Positions 41,455-51,189 are shown, numbered from the stretch's first letter. The stretch: 64,000 nt of DNA from Spirochaetaceae bacterium (GCA_051531975.1 JAOPTT010000005.1:1-64000); one strand, 5' to 3'. The notes: generated by a model from the sequence alone, not told the origin. Made by a program: numbers and translations.

Positions 41455-42756
41455 ATGAATATTGTCTATATACATACCCATGATACGGGAAAATACATTG
41501 AACCATACGGCTACGCTATTCCCACTCCCAATCTTATGAAATTTACCGGGGAAGGGACACTATTCCGCAATGCATTTTGCACAGGTCCGACATGTTCTCC
41601 CAGTAGGGCGGGTCTGCTTACGGGTATGGCACCCCATTCATGTGGAATGACAGGATTGTCCCACAGGGGATTTGCGATTAATGATTATGATAAACATCTG
41701 GTTCGGTTTCTGAACAGGCAGGGTTATGAGACAAGCTTGTGCGGTGTGCAGCATGAAGCGGCGGATGAAAAGACTATCGGATATCAGAATATCCTCCATG
41801 ATGAACAGTATACACTTGAAAATTTCAAGGCGTGGGATCTGGCCAATGCACATAAAGCGTCGGATTATATAAAAGAGAAAAAAGATAAACCCTTCTTTCT
41901 CTCCTTCGGTATGGTAAATACCCACAGACCATATCCTGTTATTGATGATGATATAAATCCGGATAATATCATGCCCCCTTTTCCTGTTCCCGATACGGTT
42001 GAAAACAGGGAGGATATGGCGGCTTATATTACATCGGTGAAAGTTGTGGACCAATGTGTCGGAATGGTAATAAAATCCTTGGAAGATTCAGGTATTCGCA
42101 ACGAGACTCTTATCATTTTTACAACCGATCATGGGATCGCTTTTCCCAGAATGAAGTGTAATCTCTACGATACGGGGATGGGAGTTTCTCTTATTATGGA
42201 TTATCCCGGAAACAGACAGAAAGGGATAGCCAGTGATGCCCTGGTATCCCATTTGGATATATTCCCTACAATCTGCGGTATCCTGGATTTTAAAAAACCG
42301 GATTGGCTTCAAGGAATCTCCATGGTGTCCCTTTTCAAAGGTCAGAACAAGGAAATACGGGAAACTCTGTTTTCCGAAGTAACTTTTCACGCTGCTTATG
42401 AGCCAATGCGCTGTATTCGAAGTAAAAGATACAAATATATCCGTATTTTCAGCGGTTATGACAGATATATACACTTTGGTGGAGACGGAGGGAGATCCGA
42501 TCAGTTTTTTAAGGAACATGGCGGAGGCGATCTACACAGGAATGAAGAGATGCTTTTTGATCTCTATCTGGATCCGGTTGAACGGAATAATCTGATTGAA
42601 GTTCCATCCTATAAATCAGTTTATAACAAAATGAAACAGGATCTTGAGACATGGATGGCTGGGACAAATGATCCCTTGCTAGATGGAGATATCTTATCTC
42701 CTCAAGGGGCAATTATTGGTAAACCCGAGAAGCTGAATCCAAGGATAAAAATATGA
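41455..42756 (+). CDS. Sulfatase (N-sulfoglucosamine sulfohydrolase-like, Cys-type)
   Basis: HTHDTG, CSPSR, HRP and TTDHG motifs; no signal peptide. Confidence 0.93.
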   Translation: MNIVYIHTHDTGKYIEPYGYAIPTPNLMKFTGEGTLFRNAFCTGPTCSPSRAGLLTGMAPHSCGMTGLSHRGFAINDYDKHLVRFLNRQGYETSLCGVQHEAADEKTIGYQNILHDEQYTLENFKAWDLANAHKASDYIKEKKDKPFFLSFGMVNTHRPYPVIDDDINPDNIMPPFPVPDTVENREDMAAYITSVKVVDQCVGMVIKSLEDSGIRNETLIIFTTDHGIAFPRMKCNLYDTGMGVSLIMDYPGNRQKGIASDALVSHLDIFPTICGILDFKKPDWLQGISMVSLFKGQNKEIRETLFSEVTFHAAYEPMRCIRSKRYKYIRIFSGYDRYIHFGGDGGRSDQFFKEHGGGDLHRNEEMLFDLYLDPVERNNLIEVPSYKSVYNKMKQDLETWMAGTNDPLLDGDILSPQGAIIGKPEKLNPRIKI

Positions 42757-42840
42757 ATAAAAAACATTATGATGTAATTGTTATAGGTAGAGGGACCGCC
42801 GGGGTAGTCGCGGCCATACAGGCTGGTCGTACCGGAAATA
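42753..42840 (+). pseudogene. N-terminal stub of an FAD-dependent oxidoreductase
   Basis: MNKKHYDVIVIGRGTAGVVAAIQAGRTG; ATG overlaps the sulfatase stop; the GxGxxG motif reads GRGTAG. Confidence 0.8.
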
Positions 42841-42861
42841 AAATAGATAAGGAAAATTTAT

Positions 42862-42963
42862 ATGAAACAATTCTGTATTACCCCTGCTATAGGGAAAACC
42901 AATTTTAATGGTTCAGGTGATCTGATAAAAAAGATCTCAGAGACGACGGTTTGTGATGTTTGA
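42862..42963 (+). pseudogene. 33-codon remnant, probably a collapsed conserved hypothetical gene
   Basis: RBS aagga then MKQFCITPAIGK...LIKKISETTVCDV*; the C-terminal codons overlap the next ATG (42956). Confidence 0.55.
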
Positions 42964-44989
42964 GAAAGAATCTGATTTAATTAGACTCCATATTAATAAT
43001 TTCAATCTGGAACTGACTCTCCGGTATTCCAGAGAGGGGGAATGGCACCAGCTGATTCCCGGTGAAAACAGTACTTGGTTTTCAAAAGGTGACAAAGATC
43101 TAAAAGTGGAACTCGTGCTTTCAGAAAGGCTGAGTTATATAGATTATGAGCTGGAATTCAGTTCATCATTTGAAACACAGATCAGAGTTCAGCTCTCACT
43201 GAAAGGGGAGGAGGATCTTTTCCATCTTATACCCTGTAATATTCACGGGGATAATAATCTGCAGAATTCCAGACCAAATGAATTTCCTATGCTCACCACA
43301 GAACATCCCAATAGTGTCTCCTGTGCCCCTCTTTGGGAATTCAGGGCAGACAGGGCGTCCCATCCCGTTTCCATTCTCTGTTGTCACAAAGGAGCGGTGG
43401 GGATTTCCACCGAACCATATTATGAAGAAAAAAACAGTGGACTTATCCGCAACGGAATATTTAGTGCCCTACCCGATAGCTTCGGCGTTTCTCTGGGTTA
43501 TACCAATGATCCTGTCACTTTTATCAATCATATTAAGATCAAAGAGGAGGGGCTGGACTTTTCTATGGATTGGGACCCTTCCACCAGTCACCGTAGTAGG
43601 AATATCAAAACAAAGGGCCAAATCTTCGGATCCAGAGGGGAAGGCAGACAGGAAGCCCATACAATTATCAGAGATGTATATAAAAACATTTCTGAACGGG
43701 CTGTCCCTAAAAAAACAATAAAAGAAGCTACTTTGGGGCTGCTGACAGCATTCTTGGAAGTGAACTACTCAAAGGAATATAAAAACTACACCAATATGGA
43801 CTGCAAGGTTCACGATAATCCAATTCTCAAGGCCTGGCGTCCACTAGTGGAAATTGGATGGACAGGAGGAGGGGTTATCGCCTATCCCCTGTTTATTGCC
43901 AGACATGCACTAGGTCTGCCTGAAGAACTATTTGATGATTATAAGAGCCCTCAGTCGATCATGGAAGATATTGTCACCGGTTTTAATGATAAATCAGGAC
44001 TGTTTTATGATGTAATACAGCCCTGGAGCAAACTGTGGCCTAAGAGCAGGGTAAACGGCTGGTGGTCAGGATTTCACTTGGCAGAAAACTGTCATACGGC
44101 TTATGCCAACGGATCGGCAGTGTACTACCTGCTCAAAATGCTGAACTTTATGGACGTAACAAAACAGACTGCCAAAAAACAGTGGCTGGAAACTGGCCTG
44201 AAAGTACTCGATACTGTAATGGATCTGCAGAGAGCCGACGGCGCTTACGGTTATTCCTTCAGCGAAAGTGAAAAGAAAGTAATTGACTGGGAAGGTTTTG
44301 CCGGCTGCTGGTTTGTTCCGGCTTTTGTCTATGCCTACAATTTGTCAGGAAATGCAGCCTACCTGGAATCTGCACGAAAAGCTTTGGATTATTACGGCAG
44401 TTTCGTTCGGGATCTCAATTGCTGGGGAACACCTATGGACACCTGGAAATCTGTGGATGAAGAGGGAAACCTGGCTTTTATCAAGGGAGCTAGACTTATG
44501 TTTGAAACTACTAAAGATAAAAAATATCTCACTATGCTGGAACAGGGGGCACATTACGAATATCTCTGGCGATACGGTTTTAATGCAAAACCGGAATGGG
44601 CGCCGCTGAAAGATTGTGGCTGGAAATCCTGCGGGGGATCTGTTACATCCGTTTCCAACCCCCATCTACATCCTATGGGATTGATTGTGACGGAAGACCT
44701 AGAATATCTGGCCGATGTAACAGGTGATGATTACCACCGGCAGAGGGCAGATGATGCCGTTGCCTGGGTAATGAGCTCCATGGAACTCTATCCTGAAATT
44801 ATGGGGTATGGCCGGTACGGTGTATTGTCCGAGAGGTTTTGTCCCAGCGACGGACTTACTATCGAGCGGTATTCTGACGGCTCTCCATGCAGCACATGGT
44901 TCAGCTATAACGGTTGGGCGGCGGCTAATGCACTGGAAGCCCTTGCTTTGAGAGTTTTGAAGGAGAAAAAAAATAATGATAGAAAATAA
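42956..44989 (+). CDS. Unclassified protein, probable beta-sandwich plus (alpha/alpha)6-barrel glycosidase-like
   Basis: 678-aa intact ORF; hairpin-repeat-like segments LQRADGAY, YNLSGNAAYLESA and FETTKDKKYL; Trp/Gly-rich motifs. Confidence 0.65.
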   Translation: MFEKESDLIRLHINNFNLELTLRYSREGEWHQLIPGENSTWFSKGDKDLKVELVLSERLSYIDYELEFSSSFETQIRVQLSLKGEEDLFHLIPCNIHGDNNLQNSRPNEFPMLTTEHPNSVSCAPLWEFRADRASHPVSILCCHKGAVGISTEPYYEEKNSGLIRNGIFSALPDSFGVSLGYTNDPVTFINHIKIKEEGLDFSMDWDPSTSHRSRNIKTKGQIFGSRGEGRQEAHTIIRDVYKNISERAVPKKTIKEATLGLLTAFLEVNYSKEYKNYTNMDCKVHDNPILKAWRPLVEIGWTGGGVIAYPLFIARHALGLPEELFDDYKSPQSIMEDIVTGFNDKSGLFYDVIQPWSKLWPKSRVNGWWSGFHLAENCHTAYANGSAVYYLLKMLNFMDVTKQTAKKQWLETGLKVLDTVMDLQRADGAYGYSFSESEKKVIDWEGFAGCWFVPAFVYAYNLSGNAAYLESARKALDYYGSFVRDLNCWGTPMDTWKSVDEEGNLAFIKGARLMFETTKDKKYLTMLEQGAHYEYLWRYGFNAKPEWAPLKDCGWKSCGGSVTSVSNPHLHPMGLIVTEDLEYLADVTGDDYHRQRADDAVAWVMSSMELYPEIMGYGRYGVLSERFCPSDGLTIERYSDGSPCSTWFSYNGWAAANALEALALRVLKEKKNNDRK

Positions 44990-45593
44990 TTCGAAAGTTG
45001 TGTTTTTTGGAGACAGTCTGACTCATAGAACAGGTGTTACAATGTCATCGAATCCTGCACAGAGATTCACTCTTGATTATGCAGGAAGTTATGTGGATAT
45101 ATTATTAAAAAAAATATTGGTTCATTTTCCCGATGTTAATTTTGAATCTTATAATATGGGAATTGGTGGAAATACAGTCCCTGATCTTCTGGACAGAATG
45201 GATGATGTTATAACACTATCTCCCGATTGGATCGTTTTGTTTATAGGTCAGAATGATGCCAATAGATACAGCCCTTCAGAATATAAAGATAATCTGGATA
45301 AACTGCTGAATCTATTTCAGGAGAAAGGAATTAGAGTTATTCAACTCTCAACGACCCCAAGTCCTGATAATAAGAAAAATGAGACACTGGCTGAATATGA
45401 TCAGATAATTCAAAGATTATCAAAAAAATACAATAATCCTTATATTGAAGTAAAAGAGTCTTTTAATAAAATACTTAAAATCAATGAAACCGCAGAGAAT
45501 CCCATAAAAGTATTTAATCAGGGCTGTCATATGTCACAATTGGGTAATATTTTAATTGCGGATCTGGTATTTGATGTTTTATCGGGTATTTGA
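44976..45593 (+). CDS. SGNH/GDSL-family esterase
   Basis: FGDSLT, GIGG, GQND and QGCH motifs. Confidence 0.9.
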   Translation: MIENNSKVVFFGDSLTHRTGVTMSSNPAQRFTLDYAGSYVDILLKKILVHFPDVNFESYNMGIGGNTVPDLLDRMDDVITLSPDWIVLFIGQNDANRYSPSEYKDNLDKLLNLFQEKGIRVIQLSTTPSPDNKKNETLAEYDQIIQRLSKKYNNPYIEVKESFNKILKINETAENPIKVFNQGCHMSQLGNILIADLVFDVLSGI

Positions 45594-45613
45594 AACTGTA
45601 ATAGGAGAAATAG

Positions 45614-46543
45614 ACGTTAACCGAAGATTTTGAACAATTTAAATATTATCCCGACAGGAAAGAACTTGAAGATTGGATCTCTTCCATATGGGAACTTGCG
45701 GAACAGACTGAATGCACAGTGGAAACAGTGGATAACAACGGTTTTTCCTTTAGCTTGGGAGTAAACCATGTTGGGCAGGAGTTCCATTATGTAAAATTCA
45801 GTCCTAAGGGTATGGAGCCATTTTACGGATACTGGCAACCTGTTCTATCCGGGCCTGCACCTCTATTGTTTCATGTGCCCGGATATGGAGCTGAAATGAG
45901 TACACATCCAGAGCTTGTTGCCCAGGGTTTTAATGTACTGCATGTATCACCTTTGGGGTATGCTACCCCTGATGGTCCCGATGAGACAAAAAAGCGAAAT
46001 GAAGCCTGGCCTGTACTTCCTGATACTGTATTAAGCGGTGCACGGCAGGGATATAAAATCTGGCTGGTGAACTGCATTATGGCTATAAACTGGGCTATGA
46101 AACAGCGTGAGGTGATAGAAAACAGAATCTCATTTTTTGGAACCAGTCAGGGCGGTGGTGGTTCTCTACTGCTCGGTTCAATTTTTAAAGATAGAGGCCT
46201 GCGGTGTGTAGCAGCAGACGTTCCGTTCCTGACTAACTACCCTATGGCAAATGGCAGAGGAGCATATAGCCATGCAACAGAGGGGTTGGATCTTCTGGAA
46301 GACAAAGCAGCCGGATGGAAAGCTCTGGGATTTGTTGACACCATGACACATGTTAAAAGGTTGACCTGCCCGGTTTTATTGACTGCCGGAGGAAAAGATA
46401 CTGTCTGTCCCCCTGAAACGATACAGTCCCTATATGAAAAACTACCAGGGACAAAATCACTGACATATTTTGAGACATTAATACATCGTTATACCAGGGA
46501 GTTTATTCCTCTGGCAGGAGCATGGTTCAGGATTTATGCATAG
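45614..46543 (+). CDS. Acetylxylan esterase CE7-like alpha/beta hydrolase (start codon reads ACG)
   Basis: PGYG, GTSQGG, DTVCPP and HRY motifs; frame is open back to ACG 45614, which lies 6 nt after aggag. Confidence 0.85.
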   Translation, partial: TLTEDFEQFKYYPDRKELEDWISSIWELAEQTECTVETVDNNGFSFSLGVNHVGQEFHYVKFSPKGMEPFYGYWQPVLSGPAPLLFHVPGYGAEMSTHPELVAQGFNVLHVSPLGYATPDGPDETKKRNEAWPVLPDTVLSGARQGYKIWLVNCIMAINWAMKQREVIENRISFFGTSQGGGGSLLLGSIFKDRGLRCVAADVPFLTNYPMANGRGAYSHATEGLDLLEDKAAGWKALGFVDTMTHVKRLTCPVLLTAGGKDTVCPPETIQSLYEKLPGTKSLTYFETLIHRYTREFIPLAGAWFRIYA

Positions 46544-46554
46544 GAGAAGAATAG

Positions 46555-48619
46555 GTGAAAAATAAAGAAGATCTTTTACTCTGGAACGAAATAGCTGAAG
46601 TTTTTTAAACCTGGAGAATACAGTATTTGAGGCAAGATTAAGCTGGAAAAAGATACAAGAGATCAAAGAGTACAAATAGCTTTCGAAAATTGTTCAGAAA
46701 CTGAGTTTTCAGGCCGGGATAGACAAATTTTTGACTTAATGTGGCTAGGCCGGGACTTAAAAAGTCTAAACGAAGAACTGCTTGTAGATTTAAACTTTGA
46801 ATTGAAACAATTGGCAGAAGAAGAAAACGACAAAAATGTTCATCTGAAATACGGTCATTACTGTTTAATGAGAAGTCTCAGGCTTATATCCTTTTATTAT
46901 TCTTTCGGTTCCAAAGGACATATTTCACCGGGAACACTGGAGATGGAAACTGAAAAGGTTTTATTGGAAGTTCTCTGGGAAAGAACTAAATATAAAAATG
47001 ATATTGCCGTAACCCGCAATAGCACCTGGTGGATGACGGGAAGCGAAAATCATGATCTGAATACTAAAGTCTGCAATCTAATTACTTCCCGAATTTTTAT
47101 GGAAGAGGAAGATTATAAATATAGAATCTATCCTGACCTTGGATTTGGTGATGGTATCGCTTACGGTGAAGGGTGCGATTTTACCCGGCCGGAAGCCGCC
47201 GCTCTTAATGCCGGTAGGGCAGATCTCGCAGATGGAAAAGAATATACAGCCTTTCACCATTATGAAGCCTGGAAAAACTTCTTTTTGCAGTACTTTGCAG
47301 AAAGGGCTAAAAAAGGTTTTTTTCTAGAGAATGGTGCCTGCGGATATATGAAGTGGACCATCAATTTTATTCTAGGTCTGTATAACTTTTGTGGAGATGA
47401 AAAGCTGAGGAACCAGATCCGCATGTTTCTGGATCTGATCTGGGCTGACTGGGCTTCCCAACAGCTTTCCGGTGTGCGCGGTGGACCAAAGACACGGCAT
47501 CATTATGAAGTAGGTGGTTATGATTCCATGTCTGAAATGGCCAAGTTTTATGGTGGAGGTAGTGGGAAAAGTACCTTTATCTATGTACAGCAATTAATAA
47601 GCGATTATCACTGGCCGGACGTGGTTTGGGATATGGTATTCGGCAAAAGGGCTTCTGAAGAATATGTTTATGTATCAAGAGGAATCGGCGAAGAGAACCC
47701 TCTATTTCCAAGACCAAAAGGTGTTGAAAGGACAATGCTGGGGGATGTGGAATCGAGGATTGTTAAATACAGCTGGGTAACTCCCGATTACATCTTGGGT
47801 ACCCAGATGGATCATCCGATGGTTGTATACAATCATCTGGCTACAGCGGGTCGCTGGCAGGGGCTTATAACAGCGGATCCCGGTGTACGGATTACTACAG
47901 TATCATTAGATCCACAGCCTGGTTCAAATAAAGATGGAAAGGAATACTCCCTGGAGCTTGTCTATAACAGCATCCAGCATAACAATGTCTTGATTACCCA
48001 GCAAAGCAGACGGTGGACCCAGATTAATCCCGACTGGTACCCGGCTTATGACGGTAAATATTATGAAAGACCTTTTGGAATCTATTTAGGTAACGGATGG
48101 GATAAAGTAATTGAGTCCGAAGGCTGGATTTTCGTGGCCTATAACAATACCTATGTCGCCATAAAAGTCCTGCAGTTGGAAACTGATGATGATCCTCTGG
48201 CCTGGGCAAAGGGAACAGATAAATTCCAGAACCAAATATTGCTTAAGCAAAACAGTTATAGCTGGAATGACGATAAATCCATTATCCGCTTTAACAACAA
48301 GTTCAGTCCAGCAATTATAGAAGCGGGCAGAAAAAAGGAATATAACTCTTTTAATAATTTTATGAACAAAATTACAAACAATACCATAGAGATGTTTAAA
48401 ACAGTCGTTACCGGTGAAACCGGATTCATTCTGGTATATAAAGAGATCACCTTTAATGCAGCCAATCCCCACGATGCAGCAAAAATCGGAGGAAAATATG
48501 TTGATTATACCCCCTCTAAAGTTTTTGACTGCCCGTTTATTAAGTCCGATTATGACAGTGGAGTGGTTTCTCTGAAATCATCGGAAAATGAAGTAACAAT
48601 GGAGTTTAATTATGAATAA
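46555..48619 (+). pseudogene. Unclassified enzyme (lyase candidate), paralog 2; 626-aa ORF 46739-48619 with a disrupted 5' end
   Basis: Similarity to paralog 1 extends upstream (IKLEKDTRDQRVQIAF) to an in-frame TGA at 46628; GTG 46555 opens MKNKEDLLLWNEIAEVF* in another frame. Confidence 0.7.
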
Positions 48620-48758
48620 AACGATATCAAACCCTATACTATCATTGAAAAAAGTGATGTCTATAAAATCTATACTGCAGAGATGTTTTCCGGTATATCT
48701 TATAGACATGCCATTTATTGGGTACTGTGGACTAGTACGTTCATAGGGAGGAGTGAAA

Positions 48759-49070
48759 ATGAGAACTGCATTTAAAATGAAATTATATCCAGGATTTGCC
48801 CTGGAGTACAAAAAACGTCATGATGAAATCTGGCCGGAGTTAGTAACACTGTTAAAAGGTTCCGGGATTTACGATTACTCCATATTTATAGATGAAGAGA
48901 CAAATAGTCTGTTTGCTGTTCATAAAACCAAAAACAATGTTGGTGCCCAGGAGTTAGGAGAAACTGAAATTGTAAAGAAATGGTGGAAATTTATGTCTGA
49001 TATAATGGAATGTAATTCAGATAATTCACCGGTTACAGTTCCCTTAGAAGAAGTTTTTTTTCTAAGCTGA
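48759..49070 (+). CDS. rhaM: L-rhamnose mutarotase
   Basis: AFKMKL, EYKKRHDEIWPEL, YSIF and WWKFMSDIM motifs. Confidence 0.95.
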   Translation: MRTAFKMKLYPGFALEYKKRHDEIWPELVTLLKGSGIYDYSIFIDEETNSLFAVHKTKNNVGAQELGETEIVKKWWKFMSDIMECNSDNSPVTVPLEEVFFLS

Positions 49071-49092
49071 ATTAAAGTTGTTTTTAATAAAA

Positions 49093-49138
49093 TATACCAA
49101 TCCTGTGTGAGTCTAAAGAATCCAATAGGGTTGGTATA
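49093..49138. terminator. Hairpin between convergent rhaM and SDR genes
   Basis: tataccaatcctgt / atagggttggtata, including G-U pairs. Confidence 0.55.
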
Positions 49139-49150
49139 GGTATCTATCCA

Positions 49151-49999
49151 TTATTTCATTGCATGCTTTTTGTACTGTCCCAATACGATACTGTCCATGA
49201 TTTTATCACTAAAAATATTTTTTATTCTCTTTAGTACTTTAGCATCCCGTGTTGTATCGTATGTAGTTCTTGGTCTTTTAATCGTACCTGCGTTAACCAT
49301 AGCTCGTACAGTACTTTCTGGACCTGGATTTGTATCGTTAGAACTGACAATCATATTCCTGAATCCCTTCATTAAGTGTTTATAATCATCTGGATAATCA
49401 ATTTTATCCATTGTCTCTACAGCAACATTGGCAAATTCAGTTTTAACAGCTCCCGGATGGATCATAATAACTTTGATACCAAGATCTTTTACTTCCTGTC
49501 TAAGGGCGATTCCCATAGCCATTAATGCGTGTTTAGTTGATGCATACCAACCTAATCCAGCAGTTGAAAGATGGCTTACAAGAGAAGCCGTAAGTATGAT
49601 TCTTCCACTCTTCTCTTTTCTCATATGGGGGAGAACCGCCTGAATTATTCTGGCCTGACCAAAAAGGTTTACATCGTACTGATATTTAATTTCATCTAAG
49701 GATATATTTTCTATGTTTCCATAAGTACCATATCCTGCATTTCCATATAGAATATCGATACGTCCTTCATTCTTTATTATCTGATCTACAGCTTTCTTAA
49801 CATCATCATCTTTTGTAACGTCTACTTTAATAAGTGTAGCTCCTAGTGCTTTAAGATCTTCCATTGGTTCTAGCCGCCTAGCAGTGGCATAAACTCTATA
49901 ACCTTTGTTTAATAGTTCTTTTGCTGTATCGTGACCAAAACCGGCTGATGCACCAGTAATAAATACTACATTGTTTTCTGTCATATTATTAATCTCCAA
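49151..49999 (-). CDS. Short-chain dehydrogenase/reductase
   Basis: TGASAGFG, NAG and YASTK motifs; start may be ATG 49984. Confidence 0.95.
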   Translation of the reverse strand: MEINNMTENNVVFITGASAGFGHDTAKELLNKGYRVYATARRLEPMEDLKALGATLIKVDVTKDDDVKKAVDQIIKNEGRIDILYGNAGYGTYGNIENISLDEIKYQYDVNLFGQARIIQAVLPHMRKEKSGRIILTASLVSHLSTAGLGWYASTKHALMAMGIALRQEVKDLGIKVIMIHPGAVKTEFANVAVETMDKIDYPDDYKHLMKGFRNMIVSSNDTNPGPESTVRAMVNAGTIKRPRTTYDTTRDAKVLKRIKNIFSDKIMDSIVLGQYKKHAMK

Positions 50000-50139
50000 T
50001 AATTCCCATTGTTTTTTATTCTTATCTATTTATAATAATCAATTAATTTTGTAACGTCCTATATTTAGGTAAAAAAAATAACAAACCTGATATTGTTATA
50101 TGAACTAGAATATGAGATGTTTGAACCAAAGGAGACTAT

Positions 50140-50628
50140 ATGAAACAAATATTAAAAGTAATTTTCCCAAAAGAGATTAACAATACATTTAGAGGATATA
50201 AAGTAGCTTTATATCTGTTTTATGCATTAACTGCTGTTACATTATGGAGAAGCCAACATCATCTATTCGCTGCAGATGGTGGAGCACAATCCATAGCTAC
50301 TATACCTTTAGATACATTTACAACCTCTGGAGCACAGGCTGTAATAGGTATATTTAGTCTTTGGGGATTGTCACAACTTATTATTGGATTTATCTATCTA
50401 ATAACATCAATAAGGTATCGAGCTATGGTTCCTTTAATGTATCTTTTAATGTTTTTTGAATATCTTGTTAGAGCTACTTATATTCCTGCTTTTAAATCAA
50501 TTCCAACAGATGGAACTGCACCTGGAGCATTAATTAATATCCCTTTTATTCTTTTTACATTGGTAATGCTTATTCTATGTGTAGTTGGAGATCGAAAAAA
50601 GACAATTCTTCAAAGAAAAAGTAAATAA
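50140..50628 (+). CDS. Hypothetical membrane protein
   Basis: Hydrophobic ORF with RBS aaggag; DGGAQSIATIPL motif. Confidence 0.7.
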   Translation: MKQILKVIFPKEINNTFRGYKVALYLFYALTAVTLWRSQHHLFAADGGAQSIATIPLDTFTTSGAQAVIGIFSLWGLSQLIIGFIYLITSIRYRAMVPLMYLLMFFEYLVRATYIPAFKSIPTDGTAPGALINIPFILFTLVMLILCVVGDRKKTILQRKSK

Positions 50629-50667
50629 TTATATCCACTATTGTGATAAAGTAATATAGGAGATTAT

Positions 50668-51111
50668 ATGCGAAACTTTTACCTTTTATTTTTATTAATA
50701 ATCACATCTTTCGGAATATTTGCTGAATATAATGGTAGGATTAGGTTCGTTGTATCTGAAAAGGAAGATGTTACAGGAAATGGTGAATTAGATAATTTAA
50801 TAGATAGCTATGTTGAAATACGTGTTGGTGCAGAGAGTCTATTAATTGCAAGAATGTTACTTAAAGGATTAATAATCGAATGTTATGGTAGGTTTGATCC
50901 TGTATTTGATTTGCACGGTTATGAACGATTTCATTTTTTTAAATATGGGAACAAACGTATATTAGTAAATGACAAGAGTGTACCATTTACAATAGAAGGA
51001 GCATTCGCAAAAGTCGATGTTGCTCAAAAAAATCAGATGTTATTTTATACCCCAAGACCCAATTCTCTATCGTGGGATCTAAAAGTTGATATGATTGAAA
51101 ATGATGAATAA
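50668..51111 (+). CDS. Hypothetical exported protein
   Basis: RBS aggag; signal-peptide-like N-terminus. Confidence 0.6.
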   Translation: MRNFYLLFLLIITSFGIFAEYNGRIRFVVSEKEDVTGNGELDNLIDSYVEIRVGAESLLIARMLLKGLIIECYGRFDPVFDLHGYERFHFFKYGNKRILVNDKSVPFTIEGAFAKVDVAQKNQMLFYTPRPNSLSWDLKVDMIENDE

Positions 51112-51189
51112 CTTTCCAATTATATCTATAGAGATATTAAATTAAAGCTTATCTAACTCTTCCTGAGTACATTTGCTGCTACTAGAGTG

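Larger units (their letters stand above)
17530..49140. other. Carbohydrate-utilisation island for a sulfated, acetylated, rhamnose/uronate-containing glycan
   Basis: Clustered transporters, regulators, sulfatases, GH105, esterases and RhaM; visibly more G/C-ending codons than the flanks (judged by eye); boundaries approximate. Confidence 0.75.

Noticed and set aside
32170..46630. Stop-codon recoding or selenocysteine for the in-frame TAA (32170) and TGA (46628)
   Set aside because: TAA and TGA end many normal genes here, no SECIS-like hairpin is evident, and nearby frameshifts indicate decay
48612..48746. Short ORF between paralog 2 and rhaM, possibly another collapsed gene
   Set aside because: No recognisable motif in any frame; cannot be supported
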